Virus record (IMG/VR): IMGVR_UViG_3300029999_000002
Location: 25,141-89,140 of that record
Source of the DNA: a virus
Reading direction: 5' to 3' (one strand)
DNA length: 64,000 bases
This document shows, piece by piece, positions 29,910-38,876 of this stretch. A model generated the notes under the pieces. It made no database searches. It had not been told where the DNA came from and was given only the letters and a program-made list of their open reading frames with translations. How positions within the stretch are numbered: position 1 is the stretch's first letter; every line of letters starts with the position of its first letter. The translations under genes and the position numbers were made by a program.

Positions 29910-31073
29910 ATCGAACTGCAACCGTCTGTCCCCACCGTCACAGTCTTCGTCCGGCACCGCGAGAAGTGCGAATTTGCGGACGATGAGGCCTACAAACGCT
30001 GTCGCTGTCTAAAGCATCTACGCTGGTATCAGAACGGCCGGCTGATGCGAAGGAAGACAGGGACCCGCAGCTGGTCCCTGGCTGTGGAAGCTCAGATCAA
30101 AGTGACCAATCAGTTACTGGCTGCCGCCCGTCCGGACGCTGTAAAGGTCCAGGCGGATGACGCGCGTGATATGAGGCGCACAGTTGATCTCTTCCTTGCT
30201 AACCGTAGGGCAGAGGGTGCTGGCAAAGAGACCATGAGCAAGTACGCCAGGGAACTCGAACGCTTCGTGGTGTTCATGGGGAAGCGGAACAAGTTCTTTC
30301 CCTCTGAGGTCGACCGTGAGCTCCTGATTGAATACAGAGACTCCTGGGACGCCATCTATCCTGCTAGCATCACTCGGAGCTTGGTCCTGATGCGCCTGAA
30401 CACACTGCTGGCCTTCTGTGTCCAGATGGGGGATCTCAGGGTTGTGCCCAAGCTGTCCAAGATCAAGGTCCACAGGGAGCCCACACAGCCTCTCGTAGAC
30501 GGCCAGTATCCGGCGCTGCTGAAGGCTGTGGAGGCCATGGGCGTCACTGACAGCATCCCTACGGCCAAGAGGCTTGCTGTGGTCAAGCTGATGCGCTGGG
30601 CAGGCCCCTCGATCACAGATGCCATCATGATGCGCAGAGACAGTCTCAAGTGGGTACCCAAGCAGAATGAGTACCAACTGACCTACATCCGGATAAAGAC
30701 CAAGGTGCGCGTGTCGTTCCCCATCCCGAAGTCACTGGGTGACGAACTGATTGAGGCAGGCAAGTTGTCAGACAGTCCAACGTACCTGTTCCAGATGAAG
30801 CATGAAGAAGGAACCGGCCGTGGGTCCAAGAGGCGCTGGGTTGACTTCTTTGCTGCTGCCTTTGTGAAGGCTGGGCAGCCTGGAGGCCACAGTCATCAAC
30901 TGAGGGACACGTTTGCAGTCGGGCTGCTGCTCAAGGAAGTGGCCCTGGAAGACGTGTCGAAGGCGCTGGGTCACAAGTCCATCGTGGTGACAGAGAAGTA
31001 TTACTCACCTTGGATCGTGGCGAGGCAGAACCGGCTGGATGACAAGATCAGGGCATCTTGGGATATTGATTAA
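29910..31073 (+). CDS. int: tyrosine recombinase / integrase
   Basis: HSHQLRDTFAV, LGHKS, TEKYY catalytic motifs; frame open upstream of ATG 30045 to the stop at 29898, adding an RH..C...CRC N-terminal arm; ATC start inferred. Confidence 0.9.
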   Translation: MELQPSVPTVTVFVRHREKCEFADDEAYKRCRCLKHLRWYQNGRLMRRKTGTRSWSLAVEAQIKVTNQLLAAARPDAVKVQADDARDMRRTVDLFLANRRAEGAGKETMSKYARELERFVVFMGKRNKFFPSEVDRELLIEYRDSWDAIYPASITRSLVLMRLNTLLAFCVQMGDLRVVPKLSKIKVHREPTQPLVDGQYPALLKAVEAMGVTDSIPTAKRLAVVKLMRWAGPSITDAIMMRRDSLKWVPKQNEYQLTYIRIKTKVRVSFPIPKSLGDELIEAGKLSDSPTYLFQMKHEEGTGRGSKRRWVDFFAAAFVKAGQPGGHSHQLRDTFAVGLLLKEVALEDVSKALGHKSIVVTEKYYSPWIVARQNRLDDKIRASWDID

Positions 31074-31107
31074 TCCACAGGAAACAATCTGATACTCTTC
31101 AGCCTCA

Positions 31108-31181
31108 GGGCGAGTAGTTCAACTGGATAGAGCACGGATCTTCTAAGTCCAAGGTTGCAGGTTCAAGTCCTGCCTCGCCCA
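31108..31181 (+). tRNA. tRNA-Arg(TCT), CCA not encoded
   Basis: Acceptor GGGCGAG/CTCGCCC, D arm GTTC/GAGC, anticodon loop CTTCTAA, T arm GCAGG-TTCAAGT-CCTGC; one C-A mismatch in the anticodon stem. Confidence 0.9.
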
Positions 31182-31192
31182 CTAAACACAAG

Positions 31193-31227
31193 AAAGCCTC
31201 CCTGAACCAGCGGGAGGCGTTTATTTT
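31193..31227. terminator. terminator between the convergent arms
   Basis: AAAGCCTCCC...GGGAGGCGTTTATTTT. Confidence 0.65.
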
Positions 31228-31240
31228 GCACACTGTGCGT

Positions 31241-31579
31241 TCAGGGTGTCACGGTATAGTGTACCTTGAGTGCCTCGAATACGACCCCGGCAACAGCCTT
31301 GGCCTCAGGACTGCGGAAATCAAAGTCAAGCTGACGCTGACCGAAGTGTCCCTGGTCGATGACTGCCAGCGTCTCGAATCCCCTGCAGACAACCCAGGCG
31401 CCGGTCATGCAATCATACCCGCCCATCTCCCTGAACTCCATTGTGATCCCCTGGGAGTCAGCCACGCGCTTCTCGATGGCAGAGTAGTCCGTTAGATCCT
31501 TCCTCTTGTCAGCAGTGACTTCATCCCAGGTTTGGCCCATGAGGCCATCTGAGGATTGTGGTGGCTTCTTGTCGCTCAT
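31241..31579 (-). CDS. hypothetical protein (probably leaderless)
   Basis: ATG lies 7 nt downstream of the -10 box; no RBS. Confidence 0.6.
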   Translation of the reverse strand: MSDKKPPQSSDGLMGQTWDEVTADKRKDLTDYSAIEKRVADSQGITMEFREMGGYDCMTGAWVVCRGFETLAVIDQGHFGQRQLDFDFRSPEAKAVAGVVFEALKVHYTVTP

Positions 31580-31585
31580 GTGCTC

Positions 31586-31634
31586 AGGATATGCATTGAT
31601 TCCTACTGTGTCAAGGTAAATTTTACTGTATAGC
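31586..31634 (-). promoter_or_regulatory. sigma70-type promoter with ATRCAG box
   Basis: GCTATACAG-N11-TTGACA-N17-TATCCT. Confidence 0.75.
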
Positions 31635-31637
31635 TTA

Positions 31638-31675
31638 AATAAAAATGAGACCCCAGACTGTTCCCTGAGGTCTCC
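31638..31675 (-). terminator. intrinsic terminator
   Basis: GAGACCTCAG...CTGGGGTCTC then ATTTTTATTT on the - strand. Confidence 0.7.
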
Positions 31676-31681
31676 ATGTTG

Positions 31682-31936
31682 CTACTTGCTTGATTTCTTC
31701 GCCGCTGCCCTCTTGTCGGCCCAGCGCTTCTTCATCATCTCTGCTATCCGCTTGCGACCCTCTGGTGTCATGCCTGATCTCTTCTTTGCTGCCTTGCGGG
31801 GAGCCCGTGTGACTTTGTGTCCAGAAGCTGACATTGAGTGAACAACTGAGGACGTGTTTGAGGCAAGGAGATCACGCGCCTGAGTGAGCCGTGCAATCTC
31901 AGCATTCAGTTCAAGGACTATTGAATCTGCGTTCAT
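31682..31936 (-). CDS. small basic nucleoid-associated-like DNA-binding protein
   Basis: N-terminal coiled coil LNAEIARLTQARDLL and basic C-terminus MTPEGRKRIAEMMKKRWA. Confidence 0.6.
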   Translation of the reverse strand: MNADSIVLELNAEIARLTQARDLLASNTSSVVHSMSASGHKVTRAPRKAAKKRSGMTPEGRKRIAEMMKKRWADKRAAAKKSSK

Positions 31937-31978
31937 GGTGTTCCTCCGTTAGTGCCTTACCACTATAGCACTAGGAGG

Positions 31979-32227
31979 CTACTTCTTGGTGTCAGTGTGC
32001 TCCCACCATCCGCCTTCGGTGCTTGCCTGACAGCTATAGGCTTCTCCACGGTTGGTCAGGTAGAAGTCACCATAGGAACAGGGCGTAGCTGGATACGTGG
32101 TGGTCAGTACCGCAGTGACAGGTTGCTTCATCTCACTGATGCTGAACCTGATCCCAATGTAGAAGCCTGCCAGCACCGACCAGGCAACAATTGAGATCAG
32201 TACGGCAATACGGGAAGCTAGTCTCAC
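31979..32227 (-). CDS. small TM/secreted protein
   Basis: N-terminal hydrophobic helix, Cys pair. Confidence 0.5.
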   Translation of the reverse strand: MRLASRIAVLISIVAWSVLAGFYIGIRFSISEMKQPVTAVLTTTYPATPCSYGDFYLTNRGEAYSCQASTEGGWWEHTDTKK

Positions 32228-32424
32228 TCTTCACCTCGGATCTTAGCCAGAGCCCGTGTGGCATCCGGCCCAACAAACATGTAGCTCTTTAGCAACCTCT
32301 TGAGAGCAAGGCGCTCAGCTGCGTCCAGGATGACACCGCCCCGTTCAATGACCGTTAGTAAGGCAATTCCTCGTGCCAGTGTGTCTCGGTCAGATTGGTG
32401 CAGCATTACAGTTAGATCCGGCAC
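32224..32424 (-). CDS. hypothetical protein
   Basis: Coupled ORF. Confidence 0.45.
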   Translation of the reverse strand: MPDLTVMLHQSDRDTLARGIALLTVIERGGVILDAAERLALKRLLKSYMFVGPDATRALAKIRGEE

Positions 32425-32575
32425 GTGCCCTTCACTTTCTTGGTAACAGCCAGAGCATCCCTGAGCTCATCCAGGTCATCAGTCTTGAGGCTCTTTATGA
32501 ATGCCTTTGCTGCCTTCTCGATACCTTGGAGACGCTTCAGTTCGTTCGACAATAATTCTTTCGCTGCTGCTGTCA

Positions 32576-32797
32576 TTACTTTCCTGCTTTCTTGATGAGA
32601 ACTTTGTCGAACAAGTTGTTTTCACAACTGAGCCAGATAATGGAAGTTAGGACTGTGACCAAACCACCAATTCCTCCCAAGGTCACTGCCGCTATGAGAT
32701 CGCCCACAGTGATGTCAGTGATTGTCCTTGTGGTGTAGAGCATTGAACTGAAACCAATCAGCCACCACAGGAGCCCAGCTAGAATCCAGATGATCAT
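32576..32797 (-). CDS. small two-TM protein (paralog C)
   Basis: WWLIGF...DITVGDL...DKVLIKK. Confidence 0.6.
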   Translation of the reverse strand: MIIWILAGLLWWLIGFSSMLYTTRTITDITVGDLIAAVTLGGIGGLVTVLTSIIWLSCENNLFDKVLIKKAGK

Positions 32798-33022
32798 AGT
32801 GACCTCTTCTTTGCGATCACGATGTCAGGGAACGTTGCTTTGGTTAGTAGCCAGTACAGACCAAACATAAGCATGACGGCCGGCCATGTAGCAATGAAGA
32901 GAACCACAAGGGGGCAGGTGGGCCAGCTTTACATCACTGTTCTCTGTCATCCAGTGGCGTGTGTATACACTCCCGATGCAGCCATATAGAGCGGAAAGTG
33001 TCCAGATAAAGATGTGGATCAT
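32794..33022 (-). pseudogene. small two-TM protein (paralog B), frameshifted at a C5 run
   Basis: Removing one base at 32910-32914 gives LPLVVLFIATWPAVMLMFGLYWLL...PDIVIAKKRSL* with ATGA overlap into 32797. Confidence 0.55.
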
Positions 33023-33225
33023 CGCTGCCTCCCCTTGATGATCACCTTGTCCTCAATAAGAATGGAGAACACCACTCCTGTGGCTATCAGACCCATGATG
33101 CCAGCAAAGATGAGCACGGGGAGTTCATTACCGGTGACATCATCACCCTCAACCCAAAACCAGTAGACCCACGTTGCAAATCCAATAAACCACCACGCTA
33201 GAGCAAACAAGATGAAAGGCAACAC
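33019..33225 (-). CDS. small two-TM protein (paralog A)
   Basis: WWFIGF...DVTGNEL...DKVIIKG. Confidence 0.6.
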   Translation of the reverse strand: MLPFILFALAWWFIGFATWVYWFWVEGDDVTGNELPVLIFAGIMGLIATGVVFSILIEDKVIIKGRQR

Positions 33226-33896
33226 TATGCAACCTCCTGAACCAAATATGAATCACCACGAGTCAAAGCCAGCTTCGCCATTGGGATCAGGAAGGTGAGG
33301 TTGGGAATAGCATTGTCAGCAGTGATGCAGTCTGTGCTGTAGATGACAACCTGCTCGTCCGTGGTTGACTTCAGGGAGCGGATGGGTCCGACGGATGCAA
33401 AGAAGTCAACCCGGTAATCAGGGCCTTCGAGAATAGCCAGTTGGACCCATTGGAATATAGAAGTGTCCAGTCCTGTTTCCTCGCGGAACTCTCGAACCAT
33501 AGCCTCAAAGGTTACTTCACCCTGCTCAACATGCCCACCAATCCCATTCAGTTTCCCAGCCTGCCAATCCGGCCGCTTCTTCTCAATGAGAGCAACGTGT
33601 TTCAACTCTGGGTCGAACATGAATCCTGCTACGTACAGTGTCTTACTCATGGCTCTCCATCCAATCACAATCTGATTCTTGTACTGGGACTTCACTGGCA
33701 GCACGTAACCCAGCAAGATTGCAAAGACGGCAGCGAACAGGAGAGTTCCTATTCCGGCCATGAACCCTACTGGACCCACAATGGCGAAAATAGTTGCGAT
33801 CACTGCGCCGTAGAACAAATGAGCCAAAGTGACCCGCCTCAGGGTACAGATGATGCCGAAGATGAACAACGAGAGTACAATGAAAAATGTGATCAT
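33225..33896 (-). CDS. NUDIX hydrolase with in-frame N-terminal membrane segment (internal start at 33650)
   Basis: Nudix box GGHVEQGEVTFEAMVREFREETG; RBS-ATG at both 33896 and 33650. Confidence 0.8.
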   Translation of the reverse strand: MITFFIVLSLFIFGIICTLRRVTLAHLFYGAVIATIFAIVGPVGFMAGIGTLLFAAVFAILLGYVLPVKSQYKNQIVIGWRAMSKTLYVAGFMFDPELKHVALIEKKRPDWQAGKLNGIGGHVEQGEVTFEAMVREFREETGLDTSIFQWVQLAILEGPDYRVDFFASVGPIRSLKSTTDEQVVIYSTDCITADNAIPNLTFLIPMAKLALTRGDSYLVQEVA

Positions 33897-33903
33897 AAGA
33901 TCC

Positions 33904-34236
33904 TTAGAATTGAGCCCAGACCAGCGGCTTGGATTGTTGACTGCGTGAGACTTGCTGTGCACCGCGCCGAGAAGAGTTGTGAACTTCCTCAATGATCTCT
34001 TCATCAGTTGAGTCATTGGTCAGGTGCTTGAGGGCATCTGCCAACTCCTGGTGCGTGTGGAGAGTCTCCCGATACTGAATGACTTCCACATTGGTGCAGC
34101 CGGCCTTGACTGTTGCCAGCGCTGTTCTCAGGGCTGCTGCATATTCGTTCCTGAAGATGAGAGATGTGTAGACTCGGCCGCAGAAGCGACCACGACTGTA
34201 CTTGACGATGATGTTGCTGGGATCAAAGCGCTGCAT
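33904..34236 (-). CDS. hypothetical protein
   Basis: ORF in operon. Confidence 0.45.
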   Translation of the reverse strand: MQRFDPSNIIVKYSRGRFCGRVYTSLIFRNEYAAALRTALATVKAGCTNVEVIQYRETLHTHQELADALKHLTNDSTDEEIIEEVHNSSRRGAQQVSRSQQSKPLVWAQF

Positions 34237-34262
34237 GTCAGTCTCTTCTTGGGAACAGGTTG

Positions 34263-34757
34263 TTACTGCTCAATGTTCTTCGGTATTTCACCAATTTTGA
34301 GATAGTCCAAATCCACCAACTCATGCGCACAGTATGCGTTCTGTGTGTACTCAATTACCTTGTCCAACTCCTCACCCAATTCCTTCAGGTGTGGTGAGAT
34401 ACGGGTCCTCATGGTCTCCCAGATGTCCAGCAACTCAATGTAGAACTCGCCCCTGGTCATCAACTGATTGGGATCAAGTGGCCCGTTGGTGTAGTCAATC
34501 TGAACCAGGAAGAAACTGAAGACATCCGTGCAGACTGATTCCAATGTCACATCGTCATCAGGTACGCGCCGGACGTGGTTCTGATCTGGGTACAGCGTTC
34601 CATTGTGCCAGCAGGGTCTGACTGTGATGTTGACCCTCTTGCCAATCTGAAGCTCTCTGGCGTTGCGGTGGAGAGCAGCACAGTTGACCTCCTTGGCAGC
34701 AGTCCGTGAGAGAACACCAGGTGCAATTGTGTTCAAGTCGTTAGGCTGCTCTGACAT
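34263..34757 (-). CDS. hypothetical protein
   Basis: ORF in operon. Confidence 0.5.
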   Translation of the reverse strand: MSEQPNDLNTIAPGVLSRTAAKEVNCAALHRNARELQIGKRVNITVRPCWHNGTLYPDQNHVRRVPDDDVTLESVCTDVFSFFLVQIDYTNGPLDPNQLMTRGEFYIELLDIWETMRTRISPHLKELGEELDKVIEYTQNAYCAHELVDLDYLKIGEIPKNIEQ

Positions 34758-34992
34758 GTTCTGCCAACCAATCTGCATACTGTGCATCCAGCTTGCCTAA
34801 CGTGTAGAGGGTTCCTGATTTGGTGAGGGCTGTGACCTTGTTGAACTCAATCACTCGACTGGTGTCCACATGGGTTCCGTCAACCTGCGTTGGGTGATCA
34901 GTCACGATCCCATTCAGGAACGACTTGGGTCCAGCTTCGGCAACGTACTCGAAGTATTCGCCACGGAGAGACCATTGCTCAAGATGTGCCAT
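34741..34992 (-). CDS. conserved phage hypothetical protein
   Basis: GIVTDHP...DGTHVDTSRV...TKSGTLYTLG pattern; AAGGAGG RBS. Confidence 0.6.
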   Translation of the reverse strand: MAHLEQWSLRGEYFEYVAEAGPKSFLNGIVTDHPTQVDGTHVDTSRVIEFNKVTALTKSGTLYTLGKLDAQYADWLAEHVRAA

Positions 34993-35188
34993 AAGCCTCC
35001 TTCAGTAGTGACACCATGCAACGGATGGCAAGCTTGTGAGCCTTGCGTTGGTTCTGGACTGGCAGCCCTCGGTATAGTTTGAGGAGCCGCCGAATGCTCT
35101 TGATCTCGTCTCGAACAGGTTTGGGCAGAGTGCTGCGCTGACGAGTGGGTACCGTTGTGATCATGGGGACTCCGGTGTGGTTACAGGG

Positions 35189-35668
35189 TTAGTTCTTGAT
35201 AGGAGGTAATTCGTAATTGCCAAGCCCGAGAGCGACCAGTTGCCCAGCCTTGACCAGTTCAGACACCCGAGACGAGATACCATTCTTGGCAACATCTGGG
35301 AACGCAGCCTGAATATGAGATATGTGTGCAAAGCCAACACCTTCAAACCAGTCCAGGATTCTGCTCTTTGTGGTTGGTGCTGTGGGCAGGCTGAGTTCAG
35401 CTACGGCCACATGAGCAACAACTTCCTGTTCCCTGATCGTTGGCGCCAAGGCATCCTGACCGTCAGTGAAGAACTCCTCCAGGCTGCCCCTGAAGACATA
35501 TGTAGGAGACATCGGGTTGAACCTGTCATCATCTGTCTTCAGGGGCAGCGGCTTCTTGAACAGGCCCGTCAGCCAAGCTGGTAACCCGAATGACTTCTTG
35601 ATGCGCTCAATTCTGGGGGTGAGGAAATCGGGATCGGCCGAAGCCTGGATGGTGGGGATTGTGTGCAA
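35189..35668 (-). CDS. protein with C-terminal winged-HTH
   Basis: ILDWF...ISSRVSELVKAGQL; TTG start after AAGGAG. Confidence 0.55.
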   Translation of the reverse strand: MHTIPTIQASADPDFLTPRIERIKKSFGLPAWLTGLFKKPLPLKTDDDRFNPMSPTYVFRGSLEEFFTDGQDALAPTIREQEVVAHVAVAELSLPTAPTTKSRILDWFEGVGFAHISHIQAAFPDVAKNGISSRVSELVKAGQLVALGLGNYELPPIKN

Positions 35669-35697
35669 TTGGTGCTCCTTGCTTGATGTCTGAATTG

Positions 35698-35746
35698 AGT
35701 GTATCGAATTGCTCACTGCATGTCAATGTATTTCATGCTGCATTTA
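35698..35746 (-). promoter_or_regulatory. sigma70-type promoter with ATRCAG box
   Basis: AAATGCAG-N11-TTGACA(35726-35721)-N17-TACACT. Confidence 0.75.
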
Positions 35747-35757
35747 CCAGAGAGTCA

Positions 35758-37665
35758 TTACTTGATGGGACAGGCTCCAGATGAGCACTCATCCGTATCC
35801 AGTAAGTCAGCCTCTGAAACCTCAACCGAATGGATAGGCTTGACACTGGCTGCCATCGTGTTGTACTGCTCCTCGGTGATCTCCTCGTAGGGAGCCTGGA
35901 CGAACCCATGCTCCTGATAGAGCAGGAAGCTGACAGTCTTGACACCATCATTGAAGTTCTTCGCCAACCACTTCTGGATCTTCGGTAGCTCAGACTTCTT
36001 GTAGTAGACCGTGCATGAGACAGAGTTATCACTCCACTCAGTCTGCAGGCGCCTGACGAACTCCAACTGGTCAATTGCTGTTACATCTTTCGCGCAGACT
36101 GTTCCCTCTGGATACCGAGATGGGAAGCTGACCACAACAGTGTTCTTGTCGTTGGTGCCATCGAAGTTCTTCTGGAACTCGACTGGGTAGCCATTCTTCT
36201 TGCAGAGGTCTACAAGAGGGATATTGGCTGCCATACGGATGCGCCGGATGAAGAACATGCTGAACCCAGGATGGACACCTGGAGTCACACCTGGGAGCAG
36301 GCTGAGCGTTCCTGATGGCTTGCAGGTTGTGATCTTGATGGAGACAGGCCAATTGTGTGCGGCCGAATACTCCACGTCGAATGCCCTGAGCTCTGTGTAG
36401 ACCTCAGAGAGCCACTGCTTCTTCTCTTCGCTAGCCTGAAGGTAGCCTGTGACACCTATGCCCATCCGCATGTTCTTGTGAACAATGGCAGCAGTCTCGG
36501 CCGAGTGCGAGGGCAGCGCCAGTGAATGCTTGTTTATCCGGTAGAGATACTTGGCAACCTTTAATAGCTCAGCCTTGCTATTAATGTTTGGCAGCACGAT
36601 CTCAGCTAGGCAGCATGTCTCATAGTTCGCAAGACTCTGCTCACTGCAGGGGTTAAATACCTCAACATCCGGATCTGGGTACTGCGTCTCACCAAGTCTG
36701 CCCACCTTTCGAGACAGACTAAGATTTATCAGGCCGTACGCCTCACCGTTGCCCAGGTACCCTTCCCAGAACTCCTTGGGCAGCTTGCTGAAGTCATTGC
36801 AGACCACAGAGTTGTTCGACATCGCGCGCCAGTTGGGAATACCTGTAGGCACGCCGTCAACAGTCCAGGTCTTTGCAGATAGGAACTGAAGATCATCCAT
36901 GTCACCGATTGCGATCTGAGCAGAACGGCGAACATTTCCAGACACTACGACAAACCCAATGATATTCATAATGTCGAGAGCATCAATCGTCCGGATGCGT
37001 TTTCCTGCGCGTGCGTTGAGCAGTTTGGAAATCTCTAGCATGCCCCACACGAGTTCTTCGGGTCCAGATGCAACACCACCGAACCCCTTGATGGTTGCAC
37101 CCTTGCTCCGAATGCACACCGTGCTGAAGCTGAACCCTTTGCCACCAATGAAGTGGGCCTTGAGAACCTTGCCCAACAACCGCACCCAACCCTCGCGCGA
37201 ATCGGGAACAATAAAGTCAGCGTCGTTCGTGTCCAGGCGTGTGATCTTGGCACGCTTCACAACAGGAAGCTGATACACGTTCTCACGTTGAATGTTGTAG
37301 CCCACACCTGCACCCAGCATGAGGGCATCCATGGTCCAGGTAAACGGACGAACAGGCTCATTCACAACAACCGCTGCGCAGTTCTGCAGTGAGAACATGC
37401 CTAGCTGGTCTACGGTCTTTGTTCCAAGCTGCCACAGGAAGCGGCCGGCTACGGAACCTTTGAGGTTCAGGAAGATTTCACGTAAGTCATCTTCTTCGGT
37501 AGGAGTGAATCCTACCTTGAGTTGTGTTCTGCATCCCTTAATGACCCGTTCAATGACCTGATCGAATTCCTCTGTGGGACTGTTGGGTGTGTCCTTGAGT
37601 CGTCGCGCATATGTGCGCTTCATGGTGATATAGCCGGTGCTGCCAAAAGGTGTTACGTGTTTCAA
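35758..37665 (-). CDS. nrdJ: class II (adenosylcobalamin-dependent) ribonucleotide reductase
   Basis: LQNC, VVSGNVRRSA, NPCSEQ, TCCLAE, TTCKPSGTLS, C-terminal CSSGACPIK. Confidence 0.92.
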   Translation of the reverse strand: MKHVTPFGSTGYITMKRTYARRLKDTPNSPTEEFDQVIERVIKGCRTQLKVGFTPTEEDDLREIFLNLKGSVAGRFLWQLGTKTVDQLGMFSLQNCAAVVVNEPVRPFTWTMDALMLGAGVGYNIQRENVYQLPVVKRAKITRLDTNDADFIVPDSREGWVRLLGKVLKAHFIGGKGFSFSTVCIRSKGATIKGFGGVASGPEELVWGMLEISKLLNARAGKRIRTIDALDIMNIIGFVVVSGNVRRSAQIAIGDMDDLQFLSAKTWTVDGVPTGIPNWRAMSNNSVVCNDFSKLPKEFWEGYLGNGEAYGLINLSLSRKVGRLGETQYPDPDVEVFNPCSEQSLANYETCCLAEIVLPNINSKAELLKVAKYLYRINKHSLALPSHSAETAAIVHKNMRMGIGVTGYLQASEEKKQWLSEVYTELRAFDVEYSAAHNWPVSIKITTCKPSGTLSLLPGVTPGVHPGFSMFFIRRIRMAANIPLVDLCKKNGYPVEFQKNFDGTNDKNTVVVSFPSRYPEGTVCAKDVTAIDQLEFVRRLQTEWSDNSVSCTVYYKKSELPKIQKWLAKNFNDGVKTVSFLLYQEHGFVQAPYEEITEEQYNTMAASVKPIHSVEVSEADLLDTDECSSGACPIK

Positions 37666-37678
37666 ATTTGATTCCTAT

Positions 37679-38226
37679 CTATTCGGTTGGTTCGCTTTGA
37701 ACGAAGTTGAATGGTCCACTGACGCCCGCCGAGAACCTCTCTGCTGCCTCAAGAGCAATCGGATGTGCGCAACTGGGTCCAAGGTGGGATCAAGTGCAAA
37801 CATCGCGCCCAGTGCCAAGTCCTGACCACAGCCAACTGCTGCATATGGCTGGGCCTGCATAGCTACCTGGTAGTCTCCTTCGATCTCATATAGCTTGCCC
37901 CTGTACCCAACGAGGAACGTGCCACCCTCTTCCACCTCGTTACTCTTTGAGGCAAAACCTACGTTCTTCAAGCACTCTCGAACGTTGTCGATGAAGCGTG
38001 TGACCATGAACGCGAAGTCATCCATTGATGCAGGATGCTCAGGTGTCTGCAGTTTGTGTTGAAGGATCTGCCCCATGCGGAATGAGGATGTGAATCCGAT
38101 AACGAATGGGCCTCTCTTGAATACCTTTGGGTCCAGGCGGCTCTGAATTCTGTAGCCACCAACACCAGCGGAGTCACCACCTATATGGACGATGCCCTTC
38201 TCTACTACTCCTACAATGCAAGTCAT
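37679..38226 (-). CDS. HslV/proteasome-like Ntn-hydrolase, apparent frameshift near 37760
   Basis: MTCIVG, GGDSAG, AVGCG..LALGAM; the -1 frame supplies IALEAAERFSAGVSGPF*. Confidence 0.65.
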
Positions 38227-38480
38227 TCTGCTCCTAAGTCTTCAAATTCGAGTTCAGGGTAGGCAACGAACTTCACATCCTTGAGTCCAGGAGTGAAATC
38301 AACTTCGCCTTCAACGTCATCAGGCTCTTGGATCTCTCTGCTCTCAAGAGGAATCTCCAGGGCCTGAAAGATGTCACTTGGGCTCAGGCTGTGACCATCT
38401 GCAACCTTAACACCGTTCAAGTAGAGAGCCTCCCAGTCGCCACTGCTGTTGCTGACTATTACTGCGTTCGGGATAGGCAT
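38223..38480 (-). CDS. hypothetical acidic protein
   Basis: GDWEALYLNG..V.DGHSL motif. Confidence 0.5.
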   Translation of the reverse strand: MPIPNAVIVSNSSGDWEALYLNGVKVADGHSLSPSDIFQALEIPLESREIQEPDDVEGEVDFTPGLKDVKFVAYPELEFEDLGAE

Positions 38481-38863
38481 TATTGCTGACATTTCTTGGT
38501 CCTCGCTGCAATAAAAGCCATGACCTCTGGCCAGTTACGATTGAAGTGAATTCCCTTGTCATCAACCAGCCAGGTGTAGTCAGCCTTGCCTCGGCTGCCA
38601 TCATCGATCTCGTCATAGGCATAGCCGTGTTCATCGAGCCAAGTCTTCATGGCAACAACTGACTCACGTTCAAGTGTTGGTGTCTCACGCTTGATATTCG
38701 GGTAGAGATCATAGTGCCAGTGACACGTCCTGCAGCTGAAGATCAGGATGAGGTAGCCAAGGTCTCTGAATAGCTGCAATGCCTCTTTGCCGCCTGGGAT
38801 CGGTAGGCCACAGAGAGGATAGTTCGAGTCGCAGAGTGTCTTGTCGAAGTCGACAGCAATCAC
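38480..38863 (-). CDS. HAD-superfamily phosphatase-like protein
   Basis: IAVDFDKTL, IFSCR, GK...VDDKG. Confidence 0.8.
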   Translation of the reverse strand: MIAVDFDKTLCDSNYPLCGLPIPGGKEALQLFRDLGYLILIFSCRTCHWHYDLYPNIKRETPTLERESVVAMKTWLDEHGYAYDEIDDGSRGKADYTWLVDDKGIHFNRNWPEVMAFIAARTKKCQQ

Positions 38864-38876
38864 GGGAACAGGGTTG

